64,000 nt of DNA from Planctomycetota bacterium (lineage in GTDB: Bacteria > Planctomycetota > UBA8108 > SXIK01), in NCBI GenBank assembly GCA_965223265.1, contig OZ244999.1, positions 5,824,001 to 5,888,000 of the forward strand, read 5' to 3'. The notes below the pieces were generated by a model that had not been told where the DNA came from, searched no databases, and saw only the letters and a program-made list of their open reading frames with translations. The translations under genes were made by a program, and so were the position numbers. Positions 58,929 through 64,000 of the stretch are shown here, piece by piece (the first letter of the stretch is position 1; each line of letters opens with the position of its first letter).

Positions 58929-59687
58929 TTACTCCAGTCCACGCTCTTTCAACATGGCTTCTCCTCGCTTGATGTCATCTGGCGTATCGATGCTGAAACC
59001 GCTGAGCTCGCTATCCTTCGAAGCCGTGACAACACAACGCAATTTGTAGCCGTGCTCGATCACCCGCAGTTGCTCCAAGCCTTCAACACGCTCAAGCAAG
59101 GTCTGCGGCAGTCCGGCGAGCGTTGCAAGAAAGTCACGGCGATAGACGTACAGTCCCACGTGCTCGTACACCTGATGGGCGACGTCGTTGTGCGGCGCCG
59201 GTATGAGCGACCTCGAGAAATACATACCGTTTCCTTGCACATCGACAACCGTCTTGACGACGCCCGGATCGGCAAGATCTTCCGCTCGATGAATCGGATG
59301 GATCAACGTCGCCATGGGTAAGTCGGGATCATCGAGTAGCGGCTGCACCGACTCGTCGATCATGACCGGATCGATGAACGGCTGATCGCCTTGAACGTTG
59401 ACGATGATATCACTGCTGTGGCCGCCGGTGGTCTCTGCCGCCTGAGCGAGACGGTCTGTGCCGCTGGCGCAGTCCGGAGAGGTCATGACCGCCTTGCCAC
59501 CGAACGCCTCGACGGCGCCTCGGATCCGCTCGTCATCCGTTGCCACCCAGACCTCGTCGACTGAACGGGCGCGCGATGTCTGCTCGAAGACACGCTGGAT
59601 CATTGATTTCCCCAGGATCGGAGCCAGCGGCTTACCGGGCATGCGAGACGAAGCGTAACGAGCCGGGATCATCGCCACCACTTTCAC
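58929..59687 (-). CDS. kdsB: 3-deoxy-manno-octulosonate cytidylyltransferase (CMP-Kdo synthetase)
   Basis: IPARYASSRMPGKPL, VATDDERI, SGTDR, VNVQGDQP, YFSRS.IP, HVGLYVY, LEQLR; GTG start with GGAGG RBS. Confidence 0.92.
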   Translation of the reverse strand: MKVVAMIPARYASSRMPGKPLAPILGKSMIQRVFEQTSRARSVDEVWVATDDERIRGAVEAFGGKAVMTSPDCASGTDRLAQAAETTGGHSSDIIVNVQGDQPFIDPVMIDESVQPLLDDPDLPMATLIHPIHRAEDLADPGVVKTVVDVQGNGMYFSRSLIPAPHNDVAHQVYEHVGLYVYRRDFLATLAGLPQTLLERVEGLEQLRVIEHGYKLRCVVTASKDSELSGFSIDTPDDIKRGEAMLKERGLE

Positions 59688-59763
59688 GGTGAGCCTCCTA
59701 TCACACTGGTCGATCCACCGGACCGCCAACATCGATTGCGCTCTTCACGGCAGCTCTGATACG

Positions 59764-59970
59764 TCATTCACATGCGCTCGGACAACCCGCAATCGACGCA
59801 CAGCCGCTTCCAAGCACAGGCTCCGGTCCAGACGCGAAGAGGTGCAGGAGGGTGTACATAACGTCAGCGAGACCGACCACCATGTCGCCGTTGGTGTCGA
59901 GGAGAAGATCGTTCGCAGCCGCCGTCGTACATGGAAGCTCCGACGCGCCGTGGAAGAGATGGTCGAGCAT
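59764..59970 (-). pseudogene. truncated C-terminal dockerin-like fragment
   Basis: LDHLF.G..LPC..A..DTNGDMVVGLADVMYTLLHLF.SGP.P; first EF-hand missing, abuts the DUF4157 stop. Confidence 0.65.
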
Positions 59971-61460
59971 TAGGGAAACAGTCTTATGGGACGTGGGCAG
60001 CCTTGTGGAGGTGGACGGCAGAGTACCGCCACCCGGCCACGAGGGGGTACTCCGGGCACTGGCGGGCGGGGTGCCGGGCAGCCCGTAAAAGCCCTGGGAT
60101 ACTCGTGAACATCCCTTGCATAGTCATTGCGGTACATGTCGTAGCAGGCCTGGCTCATCGCACAGTCCACCAGCGTCCTGACCCTGGCAACGATCTGCTG
60201 CCTCGCACGTTCGGCTGCAACACGACCGGCCACAATGGGACTGTTCGGCTCTGGTCTTACTGACCTCAGATCGTCAATCAACAGCCTGCGGTGTCGCACC
60301 ATGATGGCATAGGCATCGAGCACGTGTCCTGCTTCATGATCCAGAGTCCACGTGAAAGGACAGCTATTCGCAGGAAAATCGCTCGCGATGTAAATGGTGT
60401 TGTCCACGTTGGGGAAAACCTCTGCGCTCCATAGAGCAACCCTCCAACTTCTACCACTCCGTCTTGGCCTCGTATCTGGAATTGTCGTCATCCGAATGCG
60501 GTGATGCGTCAATCCATAGGCTACGCCTCCTCCGGATCTAGCACCTATTTGACGTGAGCTCTCGGAGTGGTCTATATCGCTCACTGACGAACTGGCTGGA
60601 TGGGCAGTAACGACTGGTTGCCGCTGGATCCGGATCCTGCCCACGTGGCGCGTAACAGGGATTGGCAAGGAAGCAGGACCACCAGGAGCCCGATTTGGGT
60701 CACCCTGACTTTTGACGCCCTTCTGCTGTATCACATGTGCTAGCTCATGCGCCAGTAACCGTCGTCCCTCCCTCGTGCCCGGCGCGTACTGCCCCGCGTT
60801 AAACACAACGTTCTGCCCCACCGTGAAGGCACGGGCCTGAGTCCTTTGTGCCGTCTTCTGTGCGTGGCTGTCGGTATAGATACGTACCTTACTCAAGTCG
60901 TAGCCAAACCGCGGCTCGAAGAAAGCCCGGGCCGATGCTGGCAAAGGCTTCCCCCCACCTCTCAAAGCCTCTATAGGAGCGGTTATCTCCCCTGTTGTCA
61001 GCGGACGTTGTCCCGGTGCCAGTTTGGCCTGCAGCGGCTCCTCTTCTTTTTCTGCTTGCCGCTGTACAGTTGAGGTCCGCCGATCAGGAGCTGCGGCAAA
61101 GGGAGGACCAGGCATGGCCATCACCTGATCGGCAACACGATCCGCTTCCTGCTCGTATTTGTCGCCCGGTTCACCGATGGAGAGCTTGGACTGCGATCCT
61201 GACCCGTGGAGGATCTGGCGCATCTCGCCCCGCTGTGTTTTCATTGACCTCACCTGACAGCGGGGACAGGTGCCATCGCAGGCACATTTCCGTTGGATCG
61301 TCTGAGACTCCAGCAGACGCAAGACGCCCTGGTTGCCGATCGTTCGCTGGGGCTGCAGCACCGCATGTGGCAGTGCAAGCAATCCTACTGTCTTCCTCGG
61401 GCGCGGAGAGCTCTTGTGCAGAGCTGGCTGTATGCTTTTGCTTGCGAATTGAAATCCCAT
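59970..61460 (-). CDS. DUF4157 (eCIS core) domain protein with a C-terminal HExxH metallopeptidase-like domain
   Basis: IGNQGVLRLL, IQRKCAC..CP.C, DKYEQEADRVADQVM, FFEPRFGYD..VRI, ARAFTVG, LLAHELAHVIQQ; DHEAGH. Confidence 0.9.
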   Translation of the reverse strand: MGFQFASKSIQPALHKSSPRPRKTVGLLALPHAVLQPQRTIGNQGVLRLLESQTIQRKCACDGTCPRCQVRSMKTQRGEMRQILHGSGSQSKLSIGEPGDKYEQEADRVADQVMAMPGPPFAAAPDRRTSTVQRQAEKEEEPLQAKLAPGQRPLTTGEITAPIEALRGGGKPLPASARAFFEPRFGYDLSKVRIYTDSHAQKTAQRTQARAFTVGQNVVFNAGQYAPGTREGRRLLAHELAHVIQQKGVKSQGDPNRAPGGPASLPIPVTRHVGRIRIQRQPVVTAHPASSSVSDIDHSESSRQIGARSGGGVAYGLTHHRIRMTTIPDTRPRRSGRSWRVALWSAEVFPNVDNTIYIASDFPANSCPFTWTLDHEAGHVLDAYAIMVRHRRLLIDDLRSVRPEPNSPIVAGRVAAERARQQIVARVRTLVDCAMSQACYDMYRNDYARDVHEYPRAFTGCPAPRPPVPGVPPRGRVAVLCRPPPQGCPRPIRLFP

Positions 61461-61790
61461 GTCGCCGCCCTCCCTCAGGTTGAAGCCACCGTCACGGGGC
61501 TCTTCACATTGTCCCGGAAGTTCGCTTCGCCTTCAAGCAAGAGCTACCTGTACGGAAGACATCTCCTTGTAGCTGTATTGGTGTATACAGACTGCGGTCA
61601 GACGGCCCATGAGAACTCGTCCCAGATTCGTTCTCAAGCGGGTTCTAGCGCGATCGAGAAACCGCCGATTCCCCAATCCGTTGATCCAACCTCTCCGATC
61701 GAAGACAATACCGTCATAGAAGGTATAGTCACGGAGCCCTGTCAGAGCTAGACAAGCAAAAACGGTCGCCGAAAACTGGACGAGGTTAAA

Positions 61791-62660
61791 GTGATCCGTT
61801 GGACTACATGGCAGGAGTTCACGGCGGCGCAGAAAGAGACCGTCCTGGCCGCAAACACTGCAGCTCACATACCGGTCACGATCCGTTTCATCGATGTCGG
61901 CCAAGCGCAGCAGGGCACGGTCCTGCTCATGCACGGGATTCCGACGTGGGGGTACCTCTATCACGCAATCATCCCGCAGCTGGTGCAATCTGGGTATCGA
62001 GTCCTCGCCCCTGATCTTCTCGGTCACGGCTGGTCGGATCGCCGGGATCGTTTCGATCGGTCCTTCCAGGACCAGGCCCGGATGATCTGTGCACTGCTCA
62101 AGGTGCTTGAGCTCGATCGGGTCGACGTGGTTGGGCATGACACGGGAGGCGCGGTTGCACTCATACTCGCGATTGAGCACGCCCAGGCCGTCAGGCGTTT
62201 GGTCATCTCCAACTCGGTCTGCTATGACCGGTTTGACGACGACATGCTCGACTTTGGTCACCCTCTGAGGTGGAAACCCCGTCCGATCATGGACTTGGTT
62301 GACGCTCTGGAGGAGAGTTTGACGGCAGGGATCTCACGACGCGAGCGGCTCACATCCGAGTTTCGGCAAGGGATCATTGCCCCTTGGGCCAGCGAAGAGG
62401 GCAAACTCAGCTTGCTCCGCAACGCGTCTGCGCTCAATGCGAACCAGACCATGGCGCTGATGGACCGGCATGGGGAAATCTCTGCACCAACGATGGTCTT
62501 GTGGGGAATGGAGGATCCCTGGCAGAAGTCGGAAGACGGGAAACAACTCGCCGGAGAGATCCCGGGGGCGGTATTCCGACCGATCGATGGCGCGTCTCAC
62601 TGGGTGCAGCAAGATGCGCCCGATGAGTTCTCGGCTGCGCTGCTGGAGTTCTTGGCGTAG
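61791..62660 (+). CDS. alpha/beta hydrolase
   Basis: HGIP, APDLLGHG.S, nucleophile elbow GHDTGG, SHWVQQD. Confidence 0.9.
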   Translation: MIRWTTWQEFTAAQKETVLAANTAAHIPVTIRFIDVGQAQQGTVLLMHGIPTWGYLYHAIIPQLVQSGYRVLAPDLLGHGWSDRRDRFDRSFQDQARMICALLKVLELDRVDVVGHDTGGAVALILAIEHAQAVRRLVISNSVCYDRFDDDMLDFGHPLRWKPRPIMDLVDALEESLTAGISRRERLTSEFRQGIIAPWASEEGKLSLLRNASALNANQTMALMDRHGEISAPTMVLWGMEDPWQKSEDGKQLAGEIPGAVFRPIDGASHWVQQDAPDEFSAALLEFLA

Positions 62661-62876
62661 GGTTGTTTGTAGACGCCCCTCCGCGCAAGTACGACCGCAA
62701 AGAACTGGTGGTCTCTCGACTTCTGAGAGCTTGAATTGCCCGACAGGATCAGAAGTCATCTGATTCCACGAATCGCGTCAGTTGATCGGCTCGTGCGCTG
62801 AGTTACAATGCCGCGAGAATGTGCCGTCGTCCTCTCGCTGCATTGTTTTTCTACGGCATGAAATGGAGTGCTTTGC

Positions 62877-63524
62877 ATGGCGACCTTGTTGCGCATTGAA
62901 GTCAGTGCTCGAGTCACGCGCTCGTTGAGCCGTGCTCTGTCAAAAACTTTCTTCGAGACGTGGCAGGCGGAACGCCCGGATGATCAAATCATCCTCCGTG
63001 ATGTAGGCCTCAATCCACCCCCTGCTGTTTCTGAGGATTGGATCGCCGGAGTCTTTGCTGACGAAGCCACGTTGACCGATGTTCAACGGCAGGCCCTTGC
63101 GTCATCCGATGTGTTGATCGACGAACTACTTCAGTCCGACATCATCGTGATTGCAACGCCCATGTACAATTACGGGATGCCGTCATCACTGAAAGCGTGG
63201 TTCGATCAGGTGATTCGAATCAACAAGACGTTCAGCTTTGATCTCGCGCGTGGCGATGAACCGATTGAGCCGATTCAGAGCGGAAAGATCCTGGTTATTC
63301 TCAGTGCGCATGGCGAAGGTGAGTTTTTGCACCGCGGTCGCAATGCCGGTAGGAACCACCTGCATCCGCACATTGTGGAGTGCTGTAAGCTTTTGGGCGT
63401 CGCGAAACACCATGTCGTAGCCATCCAGTACCAAGAATTTCGCGACGAACGCCATACGGAATCAGTGCGAAACGCTCATGCCGCCATTGCGCCTCTGGTG
63501 ACGACCGTCATCAAGGAACTGTAG
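62877..63524 (+). CDS. azoR: FMN-dependent NADH-azoreductase
   Basis: SAR..SLSR, ATPMYNYGMPSSLKAWFDQVIR..KTF. Confidence 0.85.
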   Translation: MATLLRIEVSARVTRSLSRALSKTFFETWQAERPDDQIILRDVGLNPPPAVSEDWIAGVFADEATLTDVQRQALASSDVLIDELLQSDIIVIATPMYNYGMPSSLKAWFDQVIRINKTFSFDLARGDEPIEPIQSGKILVILSAHGEGEFLHRGRNAGRNHLHPHIVECCKLLGVAKHHVVAIQYQEFRDERHTESVRNAHAAIAPLVTTVIKEL

Positions 63525-63528
63525 CGCT

Positions 63529-63550
63529 CCTCGAGACATCGGTCTCGAGG
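63529..63550 (+). terminator. hairpin just after the azoR stop (possible terminator or stability stem)
   Basis: CCTCGAGAC-ATCG-GTCTCGAGG; no clear U-tract. Confidence 0.35.
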
Positions 63551-63837
63551 CTGGCGTACTCGGAGCTTGATATTGTCCTACCACCACAACGTGCACCGCT
63601 CGAAAGTCCGGCCTCCCTGCAGAATAGAGAATCACCTGTTTTCTCTTCCGGTTCGCGGAGTCAGCCTCTCCTCCGACCAATCCCACTGACTTCCCTCTTG
63701 GAACGCCTCAGAGACTGAGAAACCCTCAAAAACCGCTCTTCTTTGAAGCAGATCCTCCAGCTCCGAGATCCCAAGATCGAATCCTGATCTCCAACGACCC
63801 CGTGGATCTCCCTCCTTGTCTCGAAGATAATGACGGC

Positions 63838-64000
63838 ATGAAGGAGAGAGTCAGGGTGTTACCGCTAGTTACCGTTGTCTGCCTGCTCGCCCAGCCGGCA
63901 ACTACAGGCCAGGAACGGATCGACTTCCCCCAGAAATCAATCGCTTCACCTGTAACTCCCGGTATCCCGCCGACTCCGAATATTCAGAACCGTATCGACT
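63838..64000 (+). CDS. possible exported protein running off the window end
   Basis: open frame MKERVRVLPLVTVVCLLAQPATTGQE... resembles a signal peptide. Confidence 0.35.
   Translation, partial: MKERVRVLPLVTVVCLLAQPATTGQERIDFPQKSIASPVTPGIPPTPNIQNRID

Overview
GC-rich bacterial window that looks like Planctomycetota (EF-hand dockerin-like C-termini, DCNxNG..D repeats, FG-GAP proteins). All calls come from motif reading only; no database searches were run. Three systems stand out. (1) An alpha-2-macroglobulin gene (intact CGEQ thioester motif) contains a coding (GAGACA/GAGGCA/GAGACG)n microsatellite into which two divergent IS110-family/IS1111-type elements have inserted in opposite orientations. 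Removing both by hand restores the repeat and one 6780-nt ORF. Each element's 3' non-coding region carries short matches to the microsatellite and to its own predicted circle junction, consistent with bridge/seekRNA guides. An orphan right end of a related element sits next to a degenerate copy of the same repeat at ~3.9 kb. (2) A 9-gene minus-strand operon (13.6-24.7 kb) couples a PspA/IM30 (ESCRT-III-superfamily) protein and a Vps4/Ycf46-type AAA+ ATPase to a TauABC-like ABC system, two solute-binding/OmpA fusions, a VWA protein and an XpaC-like membrane protein. (3) A signal-peptide-bearing 1801-aa FG-GAP protein carries a phospho-His domain and a PPDK-type ATP-grasp domain, i.e. an apparently exported dikinase. 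Also present: a sigma-54 activator, a PAC2 protein, a DUF5916-like protein, a Sec-type Rhs protein, a 261-bp MITE, ppc, tandem dockerin proteins, an ECF sigma/YciI pair, a kdsB-like operon, a DUF4157 gene abutting a truncated dockerin, and azoR. No rRNA, tRNA or CRISPR array was recognised.
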